From Podarcis bocagei (Eukaryota): DNA of 64,000 nucleotides. Positions 26,521 through 38,858 of this stretch are shown one piece after another. The DNA lies in the NCBI GenBank assembly GCA_964188305.1, contig OZ076889.1; one strand, written 5' to 3'. The position numbers and the translations under genes are program-made. The notes below the pieces were generated by a model. The model saw nothing but the letters and a program-made list of their open reading frames with translations. It was not told the DNA's origin and made no database searches. Positions within the stretch are counted from its first letter, which is position 1, and each line of letters starts with the position of its first letter.

Positions 26521-26910
26521 GTTCACTTTCCAAATCTCTCCAGCAGTAGAAGTAGATAAACACAGGTGGCAGTTCCAGAGAAACAGCATGCATTATTGGT
26601 TTCCTAAAAAGCTAGCTGACTTTCCACAAATGTCTTAGAATCCTCATCCATTATCTCTATGTAAGCAAAAGCTACAGGAGTCTTGTGTTACAGTTTGAAA
26701 TATTTTAACAAACCATTTCATTTGAGAGCTTTAAGCAATATCACAAAAATAGTAGCCCAGAGAAAAGTGTAAAGCTTCATTTGAAATGCTGAACAGAAAG
26801 CTCTTCTTTGTCAGGTCCTGTTTAGGAAGAAATCACAGCTTACATAAAAGCAGACAACATGCTTCTACACTGTGCAGGTTGATGGGTTGAAGTTAAGATA
26901 ATTGCATGTA

Positions 26911-27218
26911 CAGTGGTACCTTGAGTTAAGAACTTAATTCGTTCCCGAGGTCAGTTCTTAACCTGAAACTATTCTTAACCTGACGTACCACTTTAGCTAA
27001 TGGGGCCTCCTGCTGCTGCCGTGCCGCCGGAGCACGATTTCTGTTCTCATCCTGAAGCAAAGTTCTTAACCCGAGGTACTATTTCTGGGTTAGCGGAGTC
27101 TGTAACCTGAAGCTTCTGTAACCTGAAGCGTATGTAACCCGAGGTACCACTGTAGTTAAATATTATTATAACCTGAAGCGTCTGTAGCCTGAAGCATATG
27201 TAACCCGAGGTACCACTG
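26911..27218. mobile_element. Tc1/mariner-superfamily (pogo/Tigger-like) MITE with a duplicated right end
   Basis: TA|cagtggtacc...gaggtaccactg|TA ends at 27152; a second right terminus ends at 27218. Confidence 0.88.
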
Positions 27219-30200
27219 TATTATATTGGGTCCAAACCCAACCCCTTCTTGGGCCAGCACATGCAATCAACTGGGTTTCTGTGCCCCTCCTTGAGCTGCT
27301 TAAGGTTCGATGAAGGGGCTGAGCACCTTTGTGTTGGAAAAAAAAAATCCCTGCACATAGAAAAATACCATATCAGGGAGAAGGCAGTTTGCTTTATGGC
27401 AGAGCACCCAGTCGCTCCCCTGCTGCCTGCTGATTGTAGAGACCAGTTTAATGCTATACTGCAGGAAATGCTCTTCAAGAAATCATGGTGCTGTTATAGT
27501 TCTATTGTGTTTACCTTCTGTTAGCATGGTCTGTCATTAGTAAGATGATAGGCAAGATCCAATCGTTTTAACATAGACAGGTGGAACTATTAGCAACAAG
27601 GCACTTCTGAGAGTTTTGTCTGTATGGTTTTGTTCCCCTGTCAACAGTGCATGCCAGGACGAGTTTAAGAAAGGACATAGATCCATAATAGCTTTCTTCA
27701 TCCTTGTGCACACCTTTCATCCCATTGTAGTCTCAGTTCTTTCATCTCCATGGGACAAAGGCCAGCTTGTTTATAGACTTCTTAATGAATTAGACTACTT
27801 GCTAGCCAGCCTATATAGCGAAGCACAGCACCTGCTTTCAGACATACAGATTTCTATTGACAGTGAAAATTAGAAGATCTTTTGTGAGGTGGTGTCCCCC
27901 CCCTTTAAACTGAAGGGTTTCTATAGCGATCTTTTAAAATTGCAGCCTGTATTAAACTGTGTGCCTTGGTTTTGTAAGAGATACTCTTGTGGGCATTGTA
28001 TTTCCCAGGTAGGGTTTTGTTACATACGTCAAACTAGCGCAGCAAGTGCCATAATGCCAGAATGTGCATTGCAGCAGAGAAGTGTCATAGCACTATGGAA
28101 GCCTTTGCAGCTCCTTTTCCTTTTTTCAAGTAAGTTAAGTACAGAACATAAATAAAATAAACGCAGCCCTCAATAATTGCAACATATTGGTACCCCTTTG
28201 CATGTCTGGTCATCGGGAGAAGGAGTTTTTAAAGGAGGTGCTAGGTGGGCAAGCTTTGCAAGGATGGCGGAAGATCTAAAAGATTTTGCATTTGGAACAA
28301 ATGATCCTTTATGAGAAGACAGAGTGGCTTTGTAACTTGCAAGGAAGCATCGAAAGATGGAGAACCAGCAAACGACACTTATTCTTTTCTTTTTGTGCTC
28401 AATATAGTAAAGTGTAGTTGGGGAATGTGTGAGGAGCTGTGTGTCCTCCGATGCATAGACAGCCACAGAGGTGAAGCATGACTTTCCCCTCTATTGGTTA
28501 CACTGGAATTGCAGAGAGAGAAAGTGCATTGGTCATATGCTTCCTTGCAATGTGCAAAGCTACCTTGAAAACAAACTTTAGTTATTATGGAAACCACAAC
28601 AGTTTACTTGTCGTGACTCACACTGGAGAACCTGGGCTTTTAGCTTGAGGTAGGTATTGAAACTTCACTCTTAAAGAAATCCTGTCCTACTGAGTGACAG
28701 TTCCCATAATCTGCAGATCATTGTTTAGTGCGCACAATTCTCCGAACTGCCATCATAAGGGCAAAGGAAACGGGAAATACCGGTGTGCATTGATCTTTGC
28801 TATTCTTTTCCCTAATATGGCAGTTACGGATGCAAGTCTCTAGCACTAGCGTGCCAGCAAAACAGTGCAAGTTGGGTTTATGGGAGTATTGACCCTGCCT
28901 GCTCTGCCAGTAACACCAGAGCGCTGCATGGCTGCAGCAGCTAACAGCTCTTTTTCCAGCCCCTTTAAACAGATGTGGAATTGAAAAACAGCAGTGATTT
29001 GACAAACCACGCAGAAGAAGGCTTTCCAAAGGTGTGGAACCACCACTGACAAGACACTGATCCTTTAGGAGGGAGGGTACATTAACTGAAGGGGGAACGG
29101 GTTCTTTTTTCGGGCAGGGGAGTTGTTGATGTTTGAAGTTGAGATCCCACCTGTTACACTGTTTGCAGCCCTGGGCAAGTTTCCACCTTGCTGAATATTT
29201 GTAAGTCCATCAAATGCCTTTGAGAAGCTTACAAGCAGGTATGAAGTCAACAGCCCTTCCCTGTTCATGATGGAAATGTTGGCTGTTAGAGGCACCAATT
29301 GCTCTGGATTCCCGAGGGCAGCTGGGACATAGAGCAGAGGAAGCCACCTTATATTGAGTCAGACCAGAGGTCTGTCTATCTATGTATTGTTTACATGGAT
29401 TGGCAGCAGCTCTTCCCACCCTTACCTGAAGATGGCAGGGATTGAACTTGGACCTTCTGTGTGCAAAGCAGATGCCTTACCCCTGAACGGTGCTCCTTAC
29501 CCAAAGCTGATGGACGGTTAAATCAGTTTTAAGTTTGTGGTGTAATATGCTCTTAGTATGATGATTTTGGCCCTTATTCCTTCTTCCTCTCTTCTCTTGT
29601 TCCTTTTCCTTGGTTTTTCCTATCTGGCTCTCTGCTTGTTGTTGTCCCTCCTCTTTTTCACACTCGCATATGCCAGATAAAGCATATTCCAACATGCATT
29701 TGAAGTACATTACTTCCCCAAAAGAATCCTATACGTAGTTTCCCCCCTGACAGAGCTACCATTTCCAGAACTCTTTAAAAACTACAGTTCCCAGCAGCCT
29801 TTGGGGGAAGCCATGCCCTTTAAACATGCATGCAATATGCTTTAAATGTGTAGTGTGGAACTGTCCTCCCTTCCTTTCCTCTGGCTCCCTTCTTGGTGGC
29901 TGAGACCCACACTCCATTGTTGTCCTGTGCTGGGCTGAGCAGCGCTGCATCCTCAGGGATCCTTTCCTTTTCAACTGGCTCACCTTCCAGCCAGACTGCC
30001 AACACCACTGCACACTGCAGACGACTCCTTCCTGAACTCTCATCACAGTAGCTTAGCCCGAGAGAAGCTCGCCATAAGCTCCCCCACCCCACCCTGATGT
30101 TGTAGCAGCTGGGATTGGGGGATTGGAACCTAGCTCTCCCCAGACTCTAACTATTGCACCATACTGCTGCTGCTTTTCCTCAGGTGTGCCGCTTGGGAGC

Positions 30201-30571
30201 TGTGGTAAGTCTAATGGGAAGTAGGGAACTGAACACCATTACAATCACCTGTTCCTTTTGGCTTAGTTAAAAGCAGCAGGCAAGGGCTTGGCAGTTGCCC
30301 AGCCACCACCAAAGGACTCCCTCCCTCAGAATAGGGCCCCCAGGCCAACTTCCAAGATTGATGGTTTCCCCAGATCAATAAGTAAGTGAAACCCCAGTAT
30401 TCAAGGAGAGAACAATACCACCTCACCTCCCTCAGACATGCAAAATAACCTGAGGGGTGTGTGGAGATACTTGCCTTCTGCTTTAGAGGATTGCATTTGA
30501 AACATAGCCACCCCAGGGTGAAACTCATTGTCTTTCTGTTGCAAATTGAGGAAGGACCTCGCCCTTTAAAA

Positions 30572-30819
30572 CAGGGGTCAGCAACCTTTTTCAGCCGTGT
30601 GCCCCTCAGACCATGTGGTGGGCCGGACTATATTTTGGAGAGAGAAAATGAACGAATGAACGAATTCCTATGCCCCACAAATAACCCTGAGATGCATTTT
30701 AAATAAAAGGACACATTCTACTCATGTAATAACACGCTGATTCTTGGACCGTCCGCAGGCCAGATTGAGAAGACGATTGGGCCGCATCCGGCCCCCGGGC
30801 CTTAAGTTGCCTACCCCTG
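30572..30819. mobile_element. hAT MITE
   Basis: TIRs caggggtcagcaac / gttgcctacccctg; perfect TSD ctttaaaa at 30564-30571 and 30820-30827. Confidence 0.88.
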
Positions 30820-31350
30820 CTTTAAAATGAAGAATAAATCTTGGCTGCTTCTAATGAGAATCAAAAGGCAGGTGGTTGTTTCTTTGTTTTTAAATATATT
30901 TTGTTAAGGTTTTTGGATGTCAATTTAAGATGGCTTTAGAGGAGGATTAGGCTGTGAACGGCTCCTGGTCACCAGTCATGATGTATGCTATCTCCAGGAT
31001 CAGTGAGCCTTTGAATTCCACTCACTGGGGAACAACGCCTTCAGAGTGCTGTTGCTCTCAAGTCCTACTTAGCAGGGTGTCTGGTTGGCTGCTGTGGGAA
31101 TCTGGGTTGCTGGACTGGATAAGGCTCTGGCCTGGTCTAGTTCAGCATCAGGTTCTCGCAGTGCTGTGGGAAACCCGCAAACAGGACCTGAACACAGCAA
31201 CACTCTCCCCACTTGTGGCACCCAGCAACTGGGAGCGACACTCGCAATCCTTATGCCTGCCCCACACTAACTGATGGAGACTGTTTTGTGCTTGGTGACG
31301 TAAGGTGCAGGAAGGACGGGGCATAGCCAAGTAGCAAGGGAAGTGCTTTA

Positions 31351-31606
31351 GGGAGAGCCAGTGTGGTGTAGTGGTTAAGAGCGGTGGACTTGTAATCTGG
31401 TGAACTGGGTTCGATTCCCTGCTTCTCCACATGCAGCTGCTGGGTGACCTTGGGCTAGTCACACTTCTCTGAAGTCTCTCAGCCCCACTCACCTCACAGA
31501 GTGCTTGTTGTGGGGGAGGAAGGGAAAGGAGAATGTTAGCCGCTTTGAGACTCCTTAGGGTAGTGATAAAGCGGGATATCAAATCCAAACTCTTCTTCTT
31601 CTTCTT
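31351..31606 (+). mobile_element. tRNA-derived CORE-type SINE (Squam3-like)
   Basis: A box tggtgtagtggtt, B box ggttcgattcc, core gggtgaccttgggctagtcac, L2-like tail ending in (CTT)n. Confidence 0.8.
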
Positions 31607-31849
31607 AGGTAGCTCAGTGCACCTCGTTTGCATGCAACAGCCTCCTGGCATGGTCCAGCAAGAGCTGGGAGGGACTCCTGGTCTGAAATTGTAGCTAGCC
31701 ACTGGTAGTTTGTGTTGACAGTACTGATCTAGTTAGACCAATGGTTTGACTTGGTTTCCTCTGCACATTTACCCAGACTTGTGTGCACATGCCCTAGCCC
31801 CTTGCCTGTTTATAGTGGTGGTGTTAGGGAAGATACTTTGTTTGCACTT

Positions 31850-32112
31850 GTTATTTGGGCATATAAAGCCATGAATGGCTTGGGAACCAGGTAACTGAAA
31901 GAGCACATGCCCCAGTATCGGCCATCTTGGACACTACGATTGGCAGACGAGGCCTTGTTGGTAGTGATGCCACCAGGGGTTGCTTGGCTGGTGTTGACCT
32001 GTGACAGTCCCTTTCTGGTGGTGGCTCCCTTTTTGTGGAATGCCCTCGCTCTCCGGTGAGGTGTATCTTGCTTTCAGAAGCAGTTTGAAAGCTTTCCTGT
32101 TTATATGCATTT
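31850..32112 (+). mobile_element. L2 LINE 3' fragment
   Basis: tataaagcc..aatggcttggg..ccaggt..ctgaa...tttctggtggtggctccc...tggaatgccct...ttgaaagctttcctgttt resembles the L2 ORF2 end. Confidence 0.65.
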
Positions 32113-33028
32113 GATGGCTGAAGGATACTGTTCCTGACAACCCTGAGACCACGAGATGAGAGAATGCTTTTAATTGTTTTTAGAATGTCTCAATGATAAC
32201 TGTTTCTGGTGTTTTTAACTGCATTTGTTTTTAGAATGCTCCATGATTCCAGAATGGTGATACCCAAATTGGATATATTTCTGTTTCAGAGAACTGTTTC
32301 TGTATTGATTTCTCTGTGGACCTGCTACAAGTGCTTTATAGGTTTCAGAGTATTTTAAGGTACGTGCTGAGCTCATAGGAAAGTGCAGTCTGTTGGGGAC
32401 TGTTACCTCATGTGAACTCAGAAGCACCCCTTCCACCCTGATCACAGGAGATCAGGAATCCAGCTGTATTTCTGAGATGTTTGTCCATGATTTCTTATCT
32501 CATTGATAAATCCCTTCGGGATTCCTTGGAACAAGGTTTGAAAAGCACCTCTCTAGGCTACAAAGGAGTCCATGCTGCTTCTCAGCAGGGTTCTGTGTGA
32601 TGCTTGGAAACGCAGCTGGACCTTTCAGTAGTGAGAAGTGCAGATTTAACTCAAAGGTGGCCAAGTGATTTTATCTTTTACGCTTTTTATGCTCAGGCAA
32701 TGGAGCTGGAAACTGTGACTCATAAATTTGATAAATAAAAAAAATACAAGGGCATGAACTCTCTTCCAGTTGTGGTTTTGGTGATGAAGCAGGAATAAAA
32801 TCATAGGCTGGGCACATTTGCAACGCATTTCATTCTGAACATGATTTTAGCAGGCTTTGCAGTAATATTTTTTTTTCTTTTCTGCAAATTCATTTTTGTG
32901 TGAATCAAAAGTGCACCAGCATGGAAGCAGTTTCTCCCTTCCAGCGCTCAGGTAGCCCTGTGATCGACATTGGGGTGTGCTGCCTTCAGGCTAACAGGAT
33001 GTACTTTGTTATACACTGAATGTACACT

Positions 33029-33171
33029 GGGATAGCTCAGTTGGTAGACCACGGGACGCTTAATCTCAGGGTCGTGGGTTCAAGCCCCAAGTGCACAAAA
33101 CATTCCTGCATTGCAGCAGGTTGGGCTAGATGACCCCCGGGGGTCCCTTCCAGCTCTACAATTCTATGATT
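33029..33171 (+). mobile_element. tRNA-Lys-derived SINE with CR1 3' tail
   Basis: gggatagctcagttggtaga...cttaatctcagggtcgtgggttcaagcccc (tRNA-Lys CTT-like) fused to the CR1 tail ttcctgcattgcag...ttctatgatt. Confidence 0.85.
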
Positions 33172-33179
33172 TACTAGAG

Positions 33180-33317
33180 CAGCCTTTCTCAACCTGTGGG
33201 TCCCCAGATGTTGTTGAACTACAACTCTCATCACCCCTAGCTAGCAAGGCCAGAGCTCAGGGATGATGGAAGTTGTAGTCCAACAACATCTGGGGACCCA
33301 CAGGTTGATAACCGCTA
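33180..33317. mobile_element. Fold-back hAT-like MITE; relatives near 43080-43185 and 59211-59345
   Basis: Long inverted arms tcaacctgtgggtccccagatgttgtt.. / ..aacaacatctggggacccacaggttga; perfect TSD tactagag at 33172-33179 and 33318-33325. Confidence 0.88.
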
Positions 33318-36300
33318 TACTAGAGCATTGAGATCCACCAATCAAAGCCAGGTTTAAAACAGTGGCCAGAGGGTTGGGGCCAGGTACAACTTTGCCTCTG
33401 AATACAAGTTGCTGGGGATTGCCAGTATCTCTCTTAGATCTTGGCATGCAGGCTTCCCGTCTCCTTTTGGTTGGTTACCACGAGAACAGAATGCTGGACT
33501 AGATAGGTCTTTGGTCTAATCTGACAGGGCTGCTCTTACCTTCTTAAATGGTACCTTGCGTGGCTCCAATTATCTCCTGCACCCCAAGAGGCCACCCACT
33601 GAGTTAACTTGCATAGGCAAGTACAGATCTACATCTGAGTTGCTGCAGATCATAATTCCTATCACAAAACTAAAATTGGCCAGCAGGGCTGCACTAAGAC
33701 AAGGTCAAAAGCAGCTGATGAATACACCTATTTTACAGGCGAGGCACACTGAAGCCGAGAGATAAGTGGTTAGCCATCTCAGAGATTTTTCTTTTAAATA
33801 ACATTTTCCATTGTTCAACTGCTGGAAGTCAGAAATACTTGCAGATATACTGCAAGTCACTGAGTAATCTGCCAGTAGATCCTACTCTTATCTTGGGCTC
33901 ACCCCTGATCTGACTGGTCTTAGCAAGGTCATCGCAAACAGCAGAGTTGTCCCACCTGCTAGGAACAGGTTGCTGAAAATATTTGCTGGTCAGGGTGGCC
34001 GTTTTTGTGTTCTTCCCTCTTCCCTCTTGGGCTCAGTATGAGTGCGAAATGCTGTCAGCTCCAGTCACCTCGCTGACAAGTATAAAATTGTGGTTAAATG
34101 CTTGACAAAACTGAAGGAGAGAGAGAGGGAAGAGGGGGACAATTTGGAAAATTACTCATTCTTGGAAAGAGTGCACAAAAGTGACTTTTGGTTCATGTAA
34201 GCAAAGATGCTGAGGAGACCTCGAGTTTCAGTTTACTTCATACCATCTGGTGGTGTTCTCCCCCCCCCCCCCAATTTCCCCCCTGACAAGTATTTGGCAC
34301 CAGAATATGCATCCCGATGCCCCCCCTAGAATAGCAGGCTTTTAGCACTGTAGGGCATTAGCGTTTTCATTCTGAAGCAGTTTAAGGGGGGGGGGGCGGA
34401 CTTGTAGAGAATCCTCCGTTGGGACTGGCTTTGTGAAGTGAATGCAGGGGGCAGGCCTTTGCAGCTGTAACCTGGCTTGTGTTAAAAATTGGAAAGGCTG
34501 CTTTGCATTCCATCTCGCTACAGGCCTTCCTTGGTGTACAGCCAAAGGTTAATATAGATGTCGCAAAGTTTCTCCCTCCCCGCCCCAACCCCCCACTTCG
34601 GAGAGCTTCAGATATAAGAGTATGTGTACAGCTGTGTTTGTAGTAACCCTTTCATAATCACACTTCTTAAACTTGCATTTCCCGGCTTGTATAAATGAAA
34701 AGAATTTCTGAAGGGATATTTGACCTGCGTTTGAACTTATTTGATCTTCACGTATTTCCCACTTGAAACAAAGCAGATTAAATCTTGGCCCTGAGAAGGC
34801 CTGTCGAGGATCACATGATGTGGTCCATACATCAGGGTAAATACACTTTTTTTCTCTCTTTCTCCCTCGTTTTTTTAAACGTCTCTAGCTGTTTTGAGAA
34901 GCGTGTGCATTGGGTCATTTTATGCTGAGATTTAGAAACCCGCCCAAAGGCTCAAAGCAAAGCAACACCAGTGTTCCTTAGGGACCTTTAAGAATAGCTC
35001 CCACAACAGCAATCTTAATAAGGATATGCAAAAAGGCACTTCTGTGTGTGAATGTATAAAAGTGTTTGAAATTGCCTGTCAAATCGTCTCTCATTAAAAG
35101 TTTGCTAAAAAAAAAAGCTGCAAAGTTTTCTTTGAAGATGCTTGTGCTTTACAACCTATGTTCTAGAACCTTTGAGAGACTCCCTCTTCCCCTGCTCTGT
35201 CTCCCCCCCCCCCAGCATTTTAATCTGATGTATAGGCAGCACCGTCAAGCATTGAATGGACCATAGAAATTGACGTGGGACATGGCCTGGGCCGATGGGT
35301 TCGATAGCATGTGTGTCAAATAAAAATATCAGGTGGTGTGATGTTTTTCAGCAAGGTGGAAGGGTGATTATTTATAGCGATGCGAAGGATAAAGGGGAAA
35401 TGGAAAACGTATGTTCCGAAATCCAGATCTAGAGTGGTCTGTATATGTGTGTGTTGCAGGTGGGGGTCTGCATGCTTTTAGTTACGTTCCTGAAATATCT
35501 CCTTTCTCTCTAGCATTTCACATCAGGAGGCTTTGAAAACCTCTTTGGGTTGGGAAGCATTCAAACTACTTGACTTTTTTTAAAAGGGAGCTGCATATGT
35601 GCATATAGGCTTGTAATTAAAGTACCAGGACAAGTGGTTAAGTGCAGTAGGCCTCAGGAGGAATATTGCAGAGGGAGTTGTTTTCAGGCTTGCAAGCCTG
35701 CTTTAGTATATCATCGCTATGCACGAGAGATTCAGAACAGGTCCTCTAGCATGTGTATGTGATGTTGTGTATATATGATTGACAGGGGGTGTTCTATTTA
35801 GCTCTTTTTTAAAAAACAGTTTCCTAATCAGGGACAAAATCCAAAGCAAAGACTGCAATTCAGTTGCTTTCGTCTTAGGATCTCCTTCATTCTGAATATC
35901 GAAGTGTTCGGTTAACAGTTGTATTTAGGAACCTCTACCACTGAAATTAAGCATTAATTAATTAATTAATTAAGCATTAAGCATTAATGCTTATATCTGA
36001 TCTTTAGATGATGCTATAATATTTTGGTATGTTACAAGGGGTGGGGGCAGAGGACATGTAATTTATTTGTGACATATTATGTGTTCTTCGCGACACAAAC
36101 AATTTAAAAAAGTTAAGAGTGGTGGCCAACTAAGTTTTACTCAGAGTAAACCCATTGAAACCAACGGACCTAAGTTAGGGAGCAATCCTGAGCTCAGATC
36201 TGCTGGGATGAGTAACTCCAGATCTCATGGCTGAATCCTGGCTCAGCTGGGCAATGCTAACGTAAGCTCCTGCTGAGCCAAGACCAGCAGATTGTAAGAA

Positions 36301-36482
36301 TTCTGGGGGAGTGGGGAGGATAGGAGTGAAGCCGGGGGGGGGGGCGACCTTATGTTAGATCCTAAGCCTGTTCATCTTGGTCACGTGACTTGACAACCTA
36401 GCATGAGTTCTGCCAACAATGGAAGTCCGTGGGGAGGCTCTGCAGAAATCTGTAGAAATTTCAGCTCAGGCTCACCTGTAAT

Positions 36483-37344
36483 CAGGGCCGTCTTTACCCG
36501 GGGGTGCAAGGGGTGTGGGGCACCTGGGTACTGAATTCTGGGGGGCGCAAGGCACCGCCGCTGGGAGGAGCAAATGCGAAAACTGCAAAGGCAACCCTTG
36601 GGCGGTAGCGCAAGAGAATGCAATGTCGCTGTGATGGCCTGGGATTTGGAGTCGGATGCTGAACCTGAGGAATCCCAGCCTGCACAGGATTCCCCGCCTC
36701 CAGAACCAGCTGAGCCGCGGCTGGGGCCTGAGCCTGAAAGGTCCTCACCTGCGCTGGATCCTCAGGTGCAGGCATCAGCTGAGTCTGCTCTGGCTCCTGA
36801 GGTGATGGAGGACCCATTGCTTGCAGGTGCTCCACTCTCAGCCCCGTCAGAGGAAGCTGAGGTTGCCTCTGGGTCTGATAACCCTCCAGCCTCTCCTGGG
36901 CTGCAGAGGCTTAGGGCAGAGAGGCAGAGGGAACTAAGTTCCCTCAGGAGGAGTGCTCACCTCCAGGCCAGGAGAGAGCAACGTTGTTGGTTGCCAGTTC
37001 CTGCCTGAACCCTGCCTCAGCTTTTACGGACTGCCTTCATATTGCTCCTTCGACCTCGGACTGGACTTGGACCTTGCCTCTCGATCTACCCACGGGACCT
37101 GCACAGTCGCTGCTGCAGAGTCTTGACAAGACAAACCCTACCGGGTTCCCAACCCCCTTAGAAGTTTGGCCTCCACCTCGAAGGGGAAACTTGGGAGGTT
37201 GCTGCCTTTTGCTGGCGGCACTGGAGCAGGAAGGCGCTTCTCTCAGGCCTGGCGGCGGAGCGCAGCAACCTCAGGGCTACTGGTGATGGGGGGCGCTGGG
37301 TGGATCTTTGCACCCCAGCGGTGCATATGCTAAAGACAGCCCTG
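36483..37344. mobile_element. Non-autonomous hAT-like element hosting the solo LTR
   Basis: TIRs cagggccgtcttta / taaagacagccctg (13/14); degenerate 8-bp TSD cctgtaat / cctacaat. Confidence 0.78.
36630..37105. mobile_element. Solo LTR (Gypsy-like), TG...CA, 5-bp TSD
   Basis: Begins TG at 36630 and ends CA at 37105; TSD gtcgc at 36625-36629 and 37106-37110. Confidence 0.82.
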
Positions 37345-38858
37345 CCTACAATGCTTCAAAAGAGCACTCAGGATCCGCTGTAATTCATGGCAAATTGCAC
37401 ATTGCCAAAGGCAGCAGGATATCAACTGAGCATGCTCCAGCTGCAGCTCCCTTCAGTTTGTGCTTCCCGCAGTGTGGCATGCTGCCTCAAGAGCACCTTG
37501 TGCAGGGATGTTGCACTCGGGAGAGGGGCTCTGGTGAAAGGCACTTTGCTCTTGGAGCACATTGCACAGGCGCAGGGCACTCGGAGCACTTGTCAGAGAC
37601 CACACCCAGAAATGGGGAATGGACAAGGCCTTTGTGCTAACAGCTCTCTCCCAAGCTTCTCTTCCCAGCAGAAATGGCAGCAGCAGTAACTGCTGCACCC
37701 TGGCAGTTCAGCACCTCCAGCAACCACTCACGGGGAGGAGCAGCCATGGAGACAGAAAACCAGGTCAGTCTGAGAGGAGGACGCACCACCCTGACCCCAA
37801 ATGCCACTCACAACACGCCCCCATGCCCCTGGTCCCTTGCGGGATGCGGAAACTCACCAGCACCATAATACATGAGCTGTGGAATCCAGGGATCCGGCAC
37901 CATGGATGGGGTGGGAAATAGAGGGGTCAGGTGGGGGGGGGGTAGGCACCCGCAACTGTTAGCCCCCATTCTCATTCCGCTGTGTGATTGCCTTGCAGAT
38001 GCTCAGTTGCGGAAGAGGTGGCAGCACCTGCTGATGGGATCCAGGAAGGAGCGCCACAACCGCAGGCAGGCAAGGGACGCAGCAGACGCAGCTCTGCCCC
38101 TCCATCAGGGACTCTGTGCTTTGCAGGAGCCAGTTCCTGTGACTCAGCGGAAGGGGCACTGACCAACTTGCAGGCCAGAAGCCCAACACAGAGGCACCCT
38201 TCATAAATTTGGTGTGTTCCCTCCCCATGATGGGGGGGGGGGATAACCACTGTTGGCTTACGCACCAATAGCACTTGAGGACACTCCCTCAGTTCTCACC
38301 CCTGCTCCTCTCACTGTCCCTGCTGTGCCAGGCTCATAGTTCACAGGCTGCAAGTCAACAGGAGCTGCACCCACCATGGATCCCCCTCAAGCAGAGAGGC
38401 AGTGCTGCGACTGAGACCGAACCCAACTCCGCACCTTGGCAGGAGGGGGACCCCACTGTCGTGGTTTGCAAATAAAGACTGAATGTTTGCAACTGTCTGC
38501 TCTGTCTCTTGTTTATTCACATATATTGATTGCTACATTAATTGGCAGTTGCTGCCTGGGGTTTCAGACACTGCTCTTTTCCAGCCCTATCCAGAGATGC
38601 AGGACGTCGAACCTCGTCGAACCTCGGCTCTTTTGCATGTAAAACTCAGTCTTTTCTTATGTGCTATGGACCCCGCCTCCTAGGTGCTAAAGGAGAAGAT
38701 GAGGTATCTTCTTGCACAAAACCCTCTTTCTATAGCCAATGATTAATGCTTGACCCTGGGCTGTTACTCATTTTGCACAAGCTCAGTATATGGCTGGGTT
38801 AACTGTTATGCTAAATGCTCTGCAGAGTAGGGCCCTATTCAAAGAGATACCCTTTTTG

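Noticed and set aside
33029-33095. tRNA-Lys gene
   Set aside because: The acceptor stem is broken and the sequence runs into a CR1 tail; it is a SINE head.
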